From the NCBI RefSeq assembly GCF_001194135.2, contig NC_068995.1:41082208-41139105 (forward strand): a stretch of DNA of 56,898 nucleotides. The letters are read 5' to 3'. Positions within the stretch are counted from its first letter, which is position 1; each line of letters starts with the position of its first letter. Shown here one piece after another: positions 1 to 12,552 of this stretch. A program made the position numbers and the translations under genes. The notes under the pieces were generated by a model. It was not told the origin of the DNA. It did not search any database and worked only from the letters and a program-made list of their open reading frames with translations. Origin of the DNA: Octopus bimaculoides (Eukaryota).

Positions 1-30
1 ACACACACACACACACACATATATATATAT

Positions 31-171
31 GCGACAGGCTTCTTTCAGTTTCCGTATACCAAATCCACTCACAAGGCTTTGGTCGGCTCAAGACTATAGT
101 AGAAGACACTTACCCAAGGTGCCACGCAGTGGGACTGAACCCGGAACCATGTGGTTGGTAAGCAAGCTATT
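31..171 (-). mobile_element. tRNA-derived SINE family A, 5' part (B box and CORE-like region)
   Basis: Reverse complement of CCACATGGTTCCGGGTTCAGTCCCACTGCGTGGCACCTTGGG(T)AAGTGTCTTCTACTATAG; near-identical to the copies at 18500, 36601 and 51268. Confidence 0.85.
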
Positions 172-289
172 CATATTTGAGAACTTTAATTTTTTATCCT
201 TTATCTTTTATTTGTTTCAGCCATTAGTCAGTCTTGAAGAACTTTTTGTCGGATGAATCGAAGCAGCACGTTTCAACCTTTTCCGGGTA

Positions 290-720
290 TTCAAGATGGG
301 TGGATGGAAGGAATGAAGTCATCTTTAAACCGGAGCTCCGACCTGATACTTGTAACATAGTGTACTCCTTCTACTCGACTTACGACTGAGTTTCGTTCTG
401 ACTGACAGGTCGTAAGTCGATCTGGTCGTATGAAAGATTTATATTTTTCAACACTATTTTCGTTCAAACACAATTGATGTTTGAAAGCAACTGAGTGAGA
501 GACAGAGGCAAGTAGTGGATGCCTGGGTCTGAGGGAGACTTGCGTTGCCAGATACTGCCATAGTTATCGGACGCGCAGCTGCCCAACGTGCGAAAATCGA
601 TTTTTTTTTTTGTGAGCGTAAGTGCAGATGGTTGTAAGTCGAGCAGAAGGTGTACTTTGCTTAGGACACTCGAAAGCTGGATGGTGGTATCTTGATAAAA
701 ATCCCAGTAATTGCACGGCG
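290..720 (-). pseudogene. Highly decayed RTE-type LINE ORF fragment (region C-terminal to RT)
   Basis: Minus frames give TICTYAHKKKNRFSHVGQLRVR*LWQY and RSELRFKDDF, resembling RTE motifs TWTTYARQERRLNSFHLRCLRRILGITWQD and GRPKLRFKD. Stops and frameshifts present. Confidence 0.4.
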
Positions 721-1298
721 AGAATTGTCAAATCGTTCTAATTATATTTAATCAGAGAGAGAGGGAGAGAAAGAGAGAGAGAGAGAAAGAAAGAGAGAGA
801 GAGAGACCAACAACAAGACGTCACACTCGACTGGCTCGATGGCTTAAAATAAACCTGATGACATTCTTTTCTCACCAGAATAACAAACTGATTTTGTGGG
901 TCGAGCTGACGATTTACTGTNNNNNNNNNNNNNNNNNNNNNNNNNNNNNNNNNNNNNNNNNNNNNNNNNNNNNNNNNNNNNNNNNNNNNNNNNNNNNNNN
1001 NNNNNNNNNNNNNNNNNNNNNNNNNNNNNNNNNNNNNNNNNNNNNNNNNNNNNNNNNNNNNNNNNNNNNNNNNNNNNNNNNNNNNNNNNNNNNNNNNNNN
1101 NNNNNNNNNNNNNNNNNNNNNNNNNNNNNNNNNNNNNNNNNNNNNNNNNNNNNNNNNNNNNNNNNNNNNNNNNNNNNNNNNNNNNNNNNNNNNNNNNNNN
1201 NNNNNNNNNNNNNNNNNNNNNNNNNNNNNNNNNNNNNNNNNNNNNNNNNNNNNNNNNNNNNNNNNNNNNNNNNNNNNNNNNNNNNNNNNNNNNNNNNN

Positions 1299-1365
<67 letters not shown>

Positions 1366-1479
1366 ATAAAGACTTCATTTGACTGACACACATCCAGCGT
1401 TCTTCTTTAAGAACTGCTTTGCCATGTCGAAACTGTTCTGTTTTACAACTAGACACCTCGTCTCATCAAACCCTAAAAT

Positions 1480-1895
1480 TCTAATTGGGCTTGGTGCTTA
1501 TATGTAACGTCCGGTCTGACAATACCGGATGGTAACAAACCACCCTCCTTGTTAGATTTGATGACCTTGACCTCCGGTCCACACTTCGTAAAATTCACCA
1601 CTATTGGTATGTCCACCAATGATGCATTCATCAACATAACAGATCCCACTAAGATTACGGCATACAAAACTGCCAACGTAACCTGGACACGATATGGCCT
1701 TAATTCTGTGGACATTTTTTTCCAGTTAAAAATGAATAAGATGCTATTCCGTGCAATAAAGAACCGGGTAGTCTTTTGCATTCGCTTAACTAGCGCCGAT
1801 TGGTGGGTTTCATCTCCAGTCTCTCAAATCGAAGCGACACATGTCTTGAGACCGATTGGTACCCAAGTGATGACCACTGTCTCCAAATAGGTGTT
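1480..1895 (-). pseudogene. Decayed RTE-type LINE RT C-terminal fragment
   Basis: Minus frames: LETV..HHLGTNRSQD, then KRMQK..IFNWKKMSTELRPYRVQVTLAVLYA, resembling RTE ETVDHFTYLGS..RIAKA..IWNNKKISTKTKLRVYRAVVLSTLLYG. Confidence 0.4.
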
Positions 1896-2102
1896 CTATT
1901 TAAGGTGGGATTTCGGTTCTGTGAGTGACAGAAACGTGTGAGGTCAGAAACCTACCTACCTACCTACATACATACATACAGACAGACATACAAGCATGCA
2001 CACACACACACACACACACACGCATACACACAACACACACATACATATACATGCATGCATACATACATATGTGAACACATACGTATGCTTGCATGCATGT
2101 AT

Positions 2103-2133
<31 letters not shown>

Positions 2134-2519
2134 CATGCATACATTTTTATATACATACATGCATACATAAACACATACACTCAGTTGGAGGCTGGCCTTA
2201 CACACGCATACACGCACGCACGCACGCACACACGCACTTGGCGGCTGGCCGTAAACAAGAAGACGAAGTAAATAGTTCCATAATAATAATAATACTGACG
2301 ACCAGTAATTTCTCTTATTTGACTGTGATATCCTGTTTCAGTGAAGCCAAACCTTGGACTAAATACTGAACACGAATATTTTCTCTATTAATAAACACAA
2401 AAACATAAACACTCAACTGCGTAATTTGTGCATGACCTCGCAGCAGAGGTGAAGGAAGACGTGTTCTATATTACGTGTGAGTGTGTGTTTGTGTTGATGT
2501 GTATGTTTACACATAAAAG

Positions 2520-3062
2520 TGGAGGCGCAATGGCCCAGTGGTTAGGGCAGCGGACTCGCGGTCATAGGATCGCGGTTTCGATTCCCAGACCGGGCGTTGT
2601 GAGTGTTTATTGAGCGAAAACACCTAAAGCTCCACGAGGCTCCGGCAAGGGATGGTGGCGAACCCTGCTGTACTCTTCCACCACAACTTTCTCTCACTCT
2701 TTCTTCCTGCTTCTGTTGTACCTGTAATTCAATGGGTCAGCCTTGTCACACTGTGTCACGCTGAATATACTCCGAGAANNNNNNNNNNCACGAGGCTCCG
2801 GCAAGGGATGGTGGCGAACCCTGCTGTACTCTTCCACCACAACTTTCTCTCACTCTTTCTTCCTGCTTCTGTTGTACCTGTAATTCAAAGGGGTCAGCCT
2901 TGTCACACTGTGTCACGCTGAATATACTCCGAGAACTACGTTAAGGGTACACGTATCTGTGGAGTGCTCAGCCACTTGCACGTTAATTTCACGAGCAGGC
3001 TGTTCCAGTTGATCGGATCAACTGGAACCCTCGACGTCGTAAACGACGGAGTGCCATCAACA
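2520..3062 (+). mobile_element. tRNA-derived SINE family B, full length (inflated by a gap-flanking duplication)
   Basis: A box TGGCCCAGTGGTTAGG and B box GGTTTCGATTCCC; body matches the copy at 35958-36322; 2633-2778 is repeated after the 10-N gap. Confidence 0.85.
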
Positions 3063-3249
3063 CATACATGCATACATACATACATATATACTTACACGCA
3101 CGCAGGCGCGCACTCACACACACACACACACATCTTATATACAGTCTGTATTGCGAGACACTCTCTTCCTAAGCTGGCAACTAACACTCACAAACGATTT
3201 TGTGTCTCATCCACAATTATCTCCCCTTCTCGTGTAGTCCCGTGCGACA

Positions 3250-3800
3250 CCGATGTCCTGAGAGGTTGTCCGAGTTGTTTCGATCCAAATCTAATATTTT
3301 TCTTCTTTTCTTCTTTCTTCCTTCATCCATGCAACTACCCTAATGCACAGAGTGCAGCAGCAATTACCCAACCGCACGGAAGCCATTTTGTTCCATTTCT
3401 AATGAATCATTTCTTGTTTTCTCCTAATATTTGCCATATCCATATTGAAGCAGTTTTGTTTCCTTCCTATCTCCAGCCATCACTACCCTGCTGTGTTTTT
3501 CTAATCCCAACATCAGTTAAGTGTGATGTAGAGTATCTAGTCACAAACCCGTGCTAACCAACCTCTACACTGCACTCCTCGTTGCTAAGTCCTTTGCATT
3601 AAAAATTTTTTTTATGTGCTCACTCCGAAATACCTTTCCAACGCACCATCAATTCAACATTCAGAATATTTTGTTGAACCAAACTCCATCTTAACACCAG
3701 AGTACTGGTGTTATTATTTCAGTAATATCGTCGAAGCGGGAAGGATTGTAGGAGAAGTGGACATACACCATCCTGTGTATTCCAATTCCGTACATTAAAT
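3250..3800 (-). pseudogene. Decayed LINE reverse-transcriptase fragment
   Basis: Minus frames: GIGIHRMVY..SRFDDITEI (resembles NLRFADDI), IDGALERYFG (resembles IDGE.LEEVD.FKYLG); many stops. Confidence 0.35.
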
Positions 3801-4324
3801 TTCTTAAGGAAGAAAATGGAATGCAGACTCGAAACTAAACAGCACAACATATATTTTATTATGGCAGAAATCCGCTCATACGAGGAGGGGATTCGGTAGC
3901 ATGTCGCCTTTTGCNNNNNNNNNNNNNNNNNNNNNNNNNNNNNNNNNNNNNNNNNNNNNNNNNNNNNNNNNNNNNNNNNNNNNNNNNNNNNNNNNNNNNN
4001 NNNNNNNNNNNNNNNNNNNNNNNNNNNNNNNNNNNNNNNNNNNNNNNNNNNNNNNNNNNNNNNNNNNNNNNNNNNNNNNNNNNNNNNNNNNNNNNNNNNN
4101 NNNNNNNNNNNNNNNNNNNNNNNNNNNNNNNNNNNNNNNNNNNNNNNNNNNNNNNNNNNNNNNNNNNNNNNNNNNNNNNNNNNNNNNNNNNNNNNNNNNN
4201 NNNNNNNNNNNNNNNNNNNNNNNNNNNNNNNNNNNNNNNNNNNNNNNNNNNNNNNNNNNNNNNNNNNNNNNNNNNNNNNNNNNNNNNNNNNNNNNNNNNN
4301 NNNNNNNNNNNNNNNNNNNNNNAT

Positions 4325-4520
4325 GAGGGACTTCCTGCATTAGACGGCCGGGCAAAATGCTTAGCGGCATTTCGTTCGTCTTTACGTTCTGGATTGAAAT
4401 TTCGCAAAGGTCGAATTTGCTTTTCATCCTTTCGGAGTCGATAAAATAAGTACCAGTTGAGCACTGGGGTCGACGTAATCGACTTCTCCCCGCCCCTCCC
4501 AAATTGCTGGCCTTGTGCCA
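4325..4520 (+). mobile_element. tRNA-derived SINE family C copy
   Basis: Contains GCTTAGCGGCATTTCG and TTTCATCCTTTCGGAGTCGATAAAATAAGTACCAGTTGAGCACTGGGGTCGA, shared with more than 10 copies in the window. Confidence 0.85.
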
Positions 4521-4839
4521 AAGTCTCGACAAAAGGTCTTGTTGGCAACGTCACACTTTAAACTTTCCTGTCAAACTATAATTGTCAATGACACTCAACC
4601 CCTGTTTCAATTTGGTTTCAATATGTTCCTTGATATTAAGGCGGCGAGCTGGCAGAATCTTTAGCACGCCGGGCAAAATGCTTAGCAACAATTCGTCCAA
4701 TGTATTTCTTGACATTAAAGGTTCTGCGAAAATACGAGTCAAGAAGGTAATTGTCTGTTCGCTTACTACTTGTAGAACGTCGAACAATCGACCTCAGGTG
4801 GTGCACAGTGAAGGAAGATGAGGTGGATTTGACCAAGGT

Positions 4840-5890
4840 GTACAACAGTTGTCGTTCTTCTGCGCATACCATTTCTGTACACAGTTTTTCTTCTCTATCC
4901 CAAATTACTATTTCAGGTCTGTTGTTTCTACATTTTATTGAGGCTTTCACTGGGACATTCTACCAGTACTCCTTTTTATTATGAGTGGCTATGGCTTCTA
5001 CCATACTGTGGGTTCTTATTTCGGTGCTACATTGGTGTGCGATCTACATGTCATGAAACTGCTTTGGTATGCGATCTACACTTTATATTGGGATCTACAA
5101 CAAGAAAAGTTATATGTTCTTATCAAGAACAACTTTTCTAGCTGATGTTCGTTCGATTCACCAATAAAATTAGTAAACTTCTTTCAAATTTGCTTCATTC
5201 TAATTTCTTCTTAATAATAAATGCATAAAGTGTATAANNNNNNNNNNTTCATTAAATTTTTTAAAAAATAAATGTATAATTTTAAATAAATGTTTTATTT
5301 AAGCCCTAATAAATAAATGAAACATTTAAACCGCATACTAAAATAGCATTTGACTCTTGTAGATCACGTTGGCTACATAGACGGCATACCAAAGTAGCGA
5401 CCTTATTTCTTTTTCCTGGAGGCTATCCTTCCGACAGATTTCATCATATAATGTTTCAGCTACATCGTGTCTCATCAGTAGATAATACCTTGGTGACGTT
5501 TTCGGACAATTCTTTATGATGTGGGTGATATCTTCGGTGTTAACTCCACAGTTTCCATCGGTTGTCCCATTTTACTGCTTTTCCTGCATTTGTGTCCCTT
5601 TTGTGTATGAGGTATTTGATTAATATTTCCTGTTCTTGGATTGCAAACGCGTACCCTTCAAAGTGGGACGTAATAGCCTGGTTGTTGGTCCATGATAGAC
5701 TGCTTTGATGATCAATGTTACTATAATCTCTGAGCTTTCAGTTAACATATCCATGCATGGTCTTCTACTCATGTACGCTCATCATTTCATTTTTGATGAT
5801 ATGTTGCGGCAGAGTCGTGCGACTTCTTTGGGCATGTATTTAAGGTTATGAGACAAGGAATGCTGTTCGAGGAGCTGCCTTCCAAGTCTT
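4840..5890 (-). mobile_element. R4/Dong-type (restriction-like endonuclease) non-LTR retrotransposon, 3' ORF fragment, interrupted by a MITE
   Basis: Minus translation: MHGY..IDHQSSLSW..HFEGYAFAIQEQEI..NR(C)KLCGVNTEDITHIIKNCPK..YYLLMRHDVAETLY (CCHC knuckle), then EYW*NVPVKASIKCRNNRPEIVIWDREEKLC (RLE PD-(D/E)xK region). Confidence 0.85.
5022..5402. mobile_element. MITE (CGGTGCTAC-type termini, GATCTAC subterminal repeats) with 6-bp TSD TTATTT, inserted in the R4-type LINE
   Basis: Left end CGGTGCTACATTGGTGTGCGATCTACA, right end GCATACCAAAGTAGCGACC; TTATTT at 5016-5021 and 5403-5408; removing it restores the LINE frame (LQEKEIRTHSMVEA). Confidence 0.7.
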
Positions 5891-6289
5891 ATGTATGTAT
5901 GTATGCATGTACGTACGTACGTATGTATGTATGTATGTATGTATGTATGTATGTATGTATGTATGTATGCATGCATGCATGTATGTATGTATATATATAT
6001 ATATATATATGTACGTACGTACGTATGTATGCGTGTATACATGTTAAACATATCANNNNNNNNNNNNNNNNNNNNNNNNNNNNNNNNNNNNNNNNNNNNN
6101 NNNNNNNNNNNNNNNNNNNNNNNNNNNNNNNNNNNNNNNNNNNNNNNNNNNNNNNNNNNNNNNNNNNNNNNNNNNNNNNNNNNNNNNNNNNNNNNNNNNN
6201 NNNNNNNNNNNNNNNNNNNNNNNNNNNNNNNNNNNGATAGTGTGTACTTCGAGGGAAATTCAGCTGTAATAAATATTAGTTTCAAATTT

Positions 6290-6495
6290 CAGTACAAGGC
6301 CAGAACTTTCGTGGGCAGGAGTCAATCGATTACGTCGACCCCAGGATTCAACTGGTACTTATTTTAACAACTCCGAAAGGATGGAAGGCAAAGTCGACTC
6401 CAGCGACGTTTGAACACAGAATATAAAGTCAGAAGAAACGCGGCTAAGCATTTTGTTCGGTGCGGTAACGATTCTGTCAGCTCGTCACCTTAACC
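6290..6495 (-). mobile_element. SINE family C copy
   Basis: Reverse complement of the C-family head (GGTGACGAGCTGACAGAATCGTTACC) and central domain. Confidence 0.8.
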
Positions 6496-6849
6496 GTTGT
6501 TATAATTATTATTACTAATATACAGTCATGAAATGGAACTGGTATCAATGCTTTGACTGGAACTGTGTGTTCTGCTTTATTAAAGCTATTACAAAAATAA
6601 ATCCGAGATTAAATATTGTAATTTTACAAACCTAAATGAGTTTTATGATTGGTAGAGACCTGAGCGCTAATAGTTTCGGACTAGATCTTTCCTCGAAGTA
6701 AACAAATGAAACACAATAACATAATAAAAATTTGATGTGATCACGTGACTGGCAGAGTTATCAGAAGTTGTTAGATATCGCTGGTCATATCCTTCAAATG
6801 ATGCCACTCCCGCTGCCTAGGTGAGAAGTTCAACATGCCCCTTTGATCG

Positions 6850-6982
6850 AAAGTGGGACTGGAGCAACATACAATGAAGCGTTTTGATCAAGAACACAAC
6901 GTGCCAGACAGTGCTAGGAATCGAACGCACGATCCCAGCGGTCGCGAGTGCAACAGCTTAACCACTAGGCCACGCGCTTTCA
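6850..6982 (-). mobile_element. tRNA-derived SINE family D, 5' part
   Basis: Minus: GCGCGTGGCCTAGTGGTTAAG (A box), GTTCGATTCCTAG (B box), GTTGTGTTCTTGATCAAAAC. Confidence 0.75.
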
Positions 6983-7017
6983 CAATACAATAACATAAAA
7001 ATAAAGACAAGAAACTG

Positions 7018-7504
7018 TGGTGCTACTTTGTCGTGTGATCTACAAGGGAGATTACTTTAGGTTATTTTTTAGTTTACTTTCCAATTTCTAAAAACCCTTA
7101 AGATATTGGCTAAAGATTTTCACAATGTGATCAGCGATGAGACGACGGCAGTTTCATTTTTACAAGAAACCAGAAGGCAGTTGCATTTTCGCAAGAAACC
7201 AGCACTAAATTCACATCATCTCTTATGAAAAAGAAAGGTGCCACTTTGCCGAATGAGCTACAATTTAAAGGGAGATTACTTTAGTTCACTTTGTGCTAAT
7301 GCTACTTTTCGTGGGATCTACGTGAGCTAATTTACTGTGGTGAGTGATCTACGCGCTTATTTTAATTATTATATGGTTTTCTTATTATTAAAATAGTAAA
7401 AATAAAAAATAAAAAATACATTTCCAATGCTAAATATGTACAAAATAATTTTAAAAGTAACCTAGAGTAATCCCCCTTGTAGATCACACACCAAAGCAGC
7501 ACCG
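7018..7504. mobile_element. MITE with about 44-bp TIRs, same family as 5022-5402
   Basis: GGTGCTACTTTGTCGTGTGATCTACAAGGGAGATTACTTTAGG versus reverse complement of right end GGTGCTGCTTTGGTGTGTGATCTACAAGGGGGATTACTCTAGG; flanks AAACTG / AGACTG. Confidence 0.8.
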
Positions 7505-9323
7505 AGACTGATTTGGTTAGTGCTAAATAAATAGGTTTTAAAGTTCCTGGAATTTTAAAATTCCTTTCAAACACAACATAGGAATTTAGCAGCTTTATCA
7601 GCCATCTTTGCCAATTTGATTACCCGAAGGTTTTCAGTTTTTGAGTTTCAAAGTTATTTCTAAGGTACCTCATCGTTTTTGCCAATCCATCCATCAAAAT
7701 ATATATTATAGAACACAGAATTTTGCTAGAGGTTTGTAGCGGCAATATTCAGCAGTCATATCAATACACCCGATTTCGAAGATTCGCTAGATGACTACCC
7801 ATGTGATCAACAAAATCTGACCATTCATGACTTCGCGTGCAATAGGATCCAACGACAATTTCATATTTTGGTATGCTTCCTTCTGAACCTATCCATCGGT
7901 ATAAATTCGCCACACCTTGACTACTTGACAAGGAACTTTGGGATGCAGCAAAGAGAGCATTGAGAGACAGCAGATAGACTCAGACTGCTGCTCATCCGAG
8001 CTGATAGCAGTCACATTGAAAGATCAGTGACAGTAACACAACGACCAGCAGTTAAGTTTTCGACTACTACTACAATTATACCAAGAACAATAACATTCAA
8101 ACTCTCTCAACACTTTGTCGTTCGTAGTAACGACACAATTATTTTTTTGTATACACGAAAAATAAAAGTTTTGTGTGTCAAAAATCGCAACTTCTCCAAT
8201 GTTCTATTTCATTTCGGTATATGTACTAGTTATATAAAATTTAAATTATATGCAAATTTGTTTCTTTCAAGGATAGAAAATTATGTTTTCTCTCCGATTG
8301 CCAAAGTATGGATGAATGAATGGACAGTAGATGTTGAATATCGGTGGTAACAGTGGTTAATGCATACCACACGGTAGGAAGAACTTACAACTGTAGGGTA
8401 TATAGATATCACATTAAAGGAACAGTTCATAGCTGTAGTAAATAGGGACCACATGGAAGAAACAGTGCAGTCGTGGTAAGGAACAGCTTACCACCATGGT
8501 AAATCGGTCTCACTTAGCGGGAAGAAATCACAGCAGTATGAAATAAGTAACAGATGGTGGAAACAAACTGCAGTCGGGGTAATTGGATAACACATGGTAG
8601 GGACAAGTTATTATTATAGATTAGTATCTACTATTGTATAACAGTATCGACTGTATTAGTATCAATACTTCATTAATCCGCTGAACTGAATTCAAATCCT
8701 GCTTGTAGGGCTGGGAAAAACATTAGGGGAACATCTCCTGTGAAATCTTCCATATACTCATAATTAGAAGACGGCTTCTTTAGTGACACCTCGCAATGAC
8801 CAACAATGTTACGAGAGATTCTGACGATGGTGATGATGGAGACAAGAACAACTACGACGACGACTATGGAAATATTGGTGATGGAAAAGATCAAAGTCAT
8901 AATGATGAAGAGGAAATAAAAATGAAAAGATAAGCTACACTCGACAGGGCATAAATCGATATCCCAGAGATATAAACCTTGATAATATTGTCATGTATCG
9001 AGTCTACAGATCAATTCTCTCACGCCTATCCTCTATTTCTTAACAAGATACAAGTCTATCGACTGAAACGTGTTTATGTCAACAACCCATGGCGGATAAA
9101 CTGGATTTGAATTTAAAAACTTCGACAACCTAAACTAAAGAACAGTTACTTTTGATTTAAGATAGAATGAATATAGAATCTCATATTTTGTAGTGGAGAT
9201 GAAAAGAGAATGTTGTAATGTTTATAAATGTCCAAAGGGAATTAATGTCATAATTGAAAGAGTGACTCGTGTGTTCGGACCTTACAACAACCGCTGCTTA
9301 TGTCCACACATGCATAAGAGAAT

Positions 9324-9336
9324 CTCTCTCTCTCTT

Positions 9337-9410
<74 letters not shown>

Positions 9411-9445
9411 CCTCTCTCTCTCCCTCTCACACAAACACACACACA
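9324..9445. repeat. (CT)n / (CA)n microsatellite
   Basis: Direct reading. Confidence 0.95.
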
Positions 9446-10711
9446 CATTCCCTGTTGGGTAGGACTGGGACACCTGCTGTGCTGACGATGGCTATTCAAG
9501 TAGAAACACCTGTCAACAGCTGTTGTCTTGTCTCCAGGCTATCAGAATGTCTCTTCTTTAATGACCTGACAGTTTCGCAGAATTCTCCATTCTCCAGATT
9601 ATTTCTCACTCGCATTTGGAATTGGTCACAGTTATTATAAGACGTTTGTTTATTTTCTTTTATTTTATTTTATTTTCTCGAAGAGAAGATCATTTCAGTG
9701 AACCAAGTATTTGTCTTCTATGTTATTTGACATACCTTTATTCGTCTTTATTGACCATATTCATGGCACTGGCCACTGTCATTTAGTCTCCTCACCCAAA
9801 TCTTGTTTCAATTACACACACACACACACACACAAAGGCAGATGTGTGTCGCTTTATATATGTGTGTGTGCGTGCGTGTGAGCGCGTGTACGTGTGTGTG
9901 TGTGTGCCTTTGTGTATGTGTTTGTCCCTTCTCACCGCTTGACAACCGGTGTTGGTGTGCCCCAACATGGCTGCAGTCTAATGATTGTAACAAGTAAAAG
10001 ATAAAAGATAAAATATTCAAACGTTATGTACATGACGCCGCGGATTCGATTCCACTGCCTGGTATTTTGGTCATAAATCATTTAACATGACACTGGGACG
10101 AATGTCTCGTGAATGAAGTTGAGTAAACGAAAACTGTACGGAAGCCCAGCAGATAGGTTTATCTGGAATTTAAATTTGCCGCTTTGTGAAAGACTATATC
10201 ACTGAATCTGTCCGACTATTATATTAATGGTACATTGGTGGAATATTCAACCGCCTACATGTTAATTCATTAGTAGACAACTTTAAGAGGTTCGGTTCTG
10301 GTTTGAGGGATATTTGGCTGCTATCTCCGAAGGTTAAGCAATTCATTACATGTTACCTTATAGGGTGATCTCTGCATAATTAGGTCTGTCTTTTATTAGG
10401 AATTGTTTAGCGTTAGTGCAACCCGGTTGAACTGTGTGTGTGCGCACACGCGTTCGTTTGTGTGTGTGTACTTGTGTGTGTCTGTGTGTGTTATGTACAA
10501 TGTGTGAGTGCTCTGGTTATGCGAGAAGTGGGTGGTATGATAACTGCTTTACAAGGCTAATTATGCCGTTAATTATGTATGAAAGCCATGACAGCTGGAA
10601 ATGGTGTAATTAGAGGGGAATAACTGACCTGATGACAAATATGCGACACACACACATATACACACAGCTGAATATATGCTGATGTGTGTGAGTGCGGGTG
10701 TGTACGCATCG

Positions 10712-10743
<32 letters not shown>

Positions 10744-10996
10744 GTGTGTGTGTTCTTATACTTATGAACATATATATGTACATTCATACCCACGCAAATC
10801 TATATAGGTTGGTGTGTGTGTGACTGCATGTGTATGTATGCATGTATGTATGTATACACGTACACATATTTTTTCTGTAGGCTAAACTTGAAGTCCTTGT
10901 CAACTTGCTCTTTACAATAAATTGTTTGACTCTACTTACAGTATAGAGTTACAAAATCAAGTACCACACACACATATCTATATTCATATATCTATG

Positions 10997-11171
10997 TAGG
11001 GCCGACTTAGCAACATTTTAGGCCCTCGGGCCAATCAGTGCACTGGTTCCTATAGTATTTATTTACTTATTGACAGCAACCCGCACTATACATATATCAG
11101 AATTGGGGCCCTAGACCCCCATGATGCCCCTGGGCAACTACCCAGTGTTCTCGTGTCTTAAGACGGCACTG
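10997..11171. mobile_element. hAT-like (Tip100/MER45-type termini) MITE
   Basis: Left TAGGGCCGACTTAG, right reverse complement CAGTGCCGTCTTAA; GC-rich interior; TSD not clear. Confidence 0.5.
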
Positions 11172-11585
11172 TACGTACATACATACCGTTGTGTCGACGC
11201 CCCCAGTCAAAGAAGTAGGATCTCCAGCAGTCGAGTAGCAGTTGTGTAGCGGTTGAGTAGAGATCATCCGAAGGTGCTAGATAGCAGTAGCTTGAGACAT
11301 AACGCATACATACATACATACATACTTGGAATCTTGGGGAGACAATGCAAATCCTTAATTCAAATGCTACAAATAATCGCGATATCTGGGACTATAATAA
11401 CCTGCAAGACCTTAAGGTTTAAAGGATGATGGTTAAAACAAAATTCTTTCCTTCACAATCTTGCTACCAAGTAGGTGACCGGTCAACATTTACTCTTAAA
11501 TGAAAAAGAGAAAGAGAACATCAATCAATCAATCAATCAATCGATCGATCGATCAGTAGTTATTATTCAAAATTCAACATAGGAC

Positions 11586-11818
11586 AACCACATGGTTCTG
11601 GGTTCAGTCCCACTGCGTGGCACCTTGGGCAAGTGTCTTCTACTATTCTTTCCTCTATTCTTTCATTCTTTTACTTGTTTCAGTCATTTGACTGTGGCCA
11701 TGCTGCAGCACCGTTTTGAAGGGTTTTAGTCGAACTAATCGACTTGTATTTTTAAGCCTAGTACTTAAACACACCAACACCGGTTGTCAAGCGGTGATGG
11801 AATACAAACACAAACACG
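11586..11818. mobile_element. SINE A fragments: plus-strand head (11586-11647) abutting a minus-strand 3' domain (11660-11818)
   Basis: Match to the A consensus in both orientations. Confidence 0.75.
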
Positions 11819-12286
11819 AATATATATATGTATATATACATACATACATACATATATATATATATATGTAGATAGATAGATAGATAGATGTAGTGACTTC
11901 ATGCAAGCGTTACGTGGATTCGATCCTCTATCGCCAAATTTCACTTAACAGTTCAATAGTACTTTTCTCACGGTAAAACAATAGTTTTTCTGTAAGTGAC
12001 AGCAATTACATTTACCAGATGCCTTCTCTAAGCAGAATACTGTCTTTGCCACTTGACCTTTCTAACGTCTTCTTGGCCACCAAAAGCCAGAATAAAGATA
12101 ACAGGCTCCAAGCGAAATCTATTGTCCTCAACAATATGTCTTTTTTTCTGACTGGTTTTGCATGGTTATAGAAAACTAGAATTTGGTAAGGCAAAATCAG
12201 TTAGTGAGAGCGACCATCAGTTAGTGAACAGAGACTAACTAGAGTCATGGTCACAAGCAGGCAACCACTAAAGACGAACGGCTCAA

Positions 12287-12440
12287 CGGACTTATTTCAG
12301 TTTCTGCCTGCCAAATCCACTCACATGGTTTTGGTCGGCCCAAGGCTTAATAGAAGACATTTGCCCAAGTTGCTATGCAGTAGGACTGAACCCGGAACCG
12401 AGTAGTTGGGAAACAAGCTTCTTATCACACGGCCACGCAC
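12287..12440 (-). mobile_element. SINE A 5' part, diverged
   Basis: CCAAATCCACTCACATGG..GGACTGAACCCGGAACC matches family A. Confidence 0.75.
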
Positions 12441-12552
12441 AAGCTATAATAACTGCCGAGATGCTGATAGCGTATGGACAACTACAGCACAGTCAGCATT
12501 TTGCAGTTCGATGGTTTGGTTTTAATTTGTGGTTTACTATATTCAGATATGT

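Noticed and set aside
711-1456. Long ORFs spanning N gaps (here and at 3859, 13800, 16941, 18727, 29702, 32303, 34456, 48461, 49760, 54013)
   Set aside because: They stay open only because N runs and dinucleotide repeats contain no stops.
1549-1890. Plus-strand 113-aa ORF with a protein-like look
   Set aside because: The opposite strand carries RTE RT-like motifs, so this is more likely an antisense shadow; no domain recognised.
5450-5478. CTGATGAG..GAAAC hammerhead-like motif on the minus strand
   Set aside because: Lies inside the LINE coding motif LMRHDVAET; stems I, II and III do not form.
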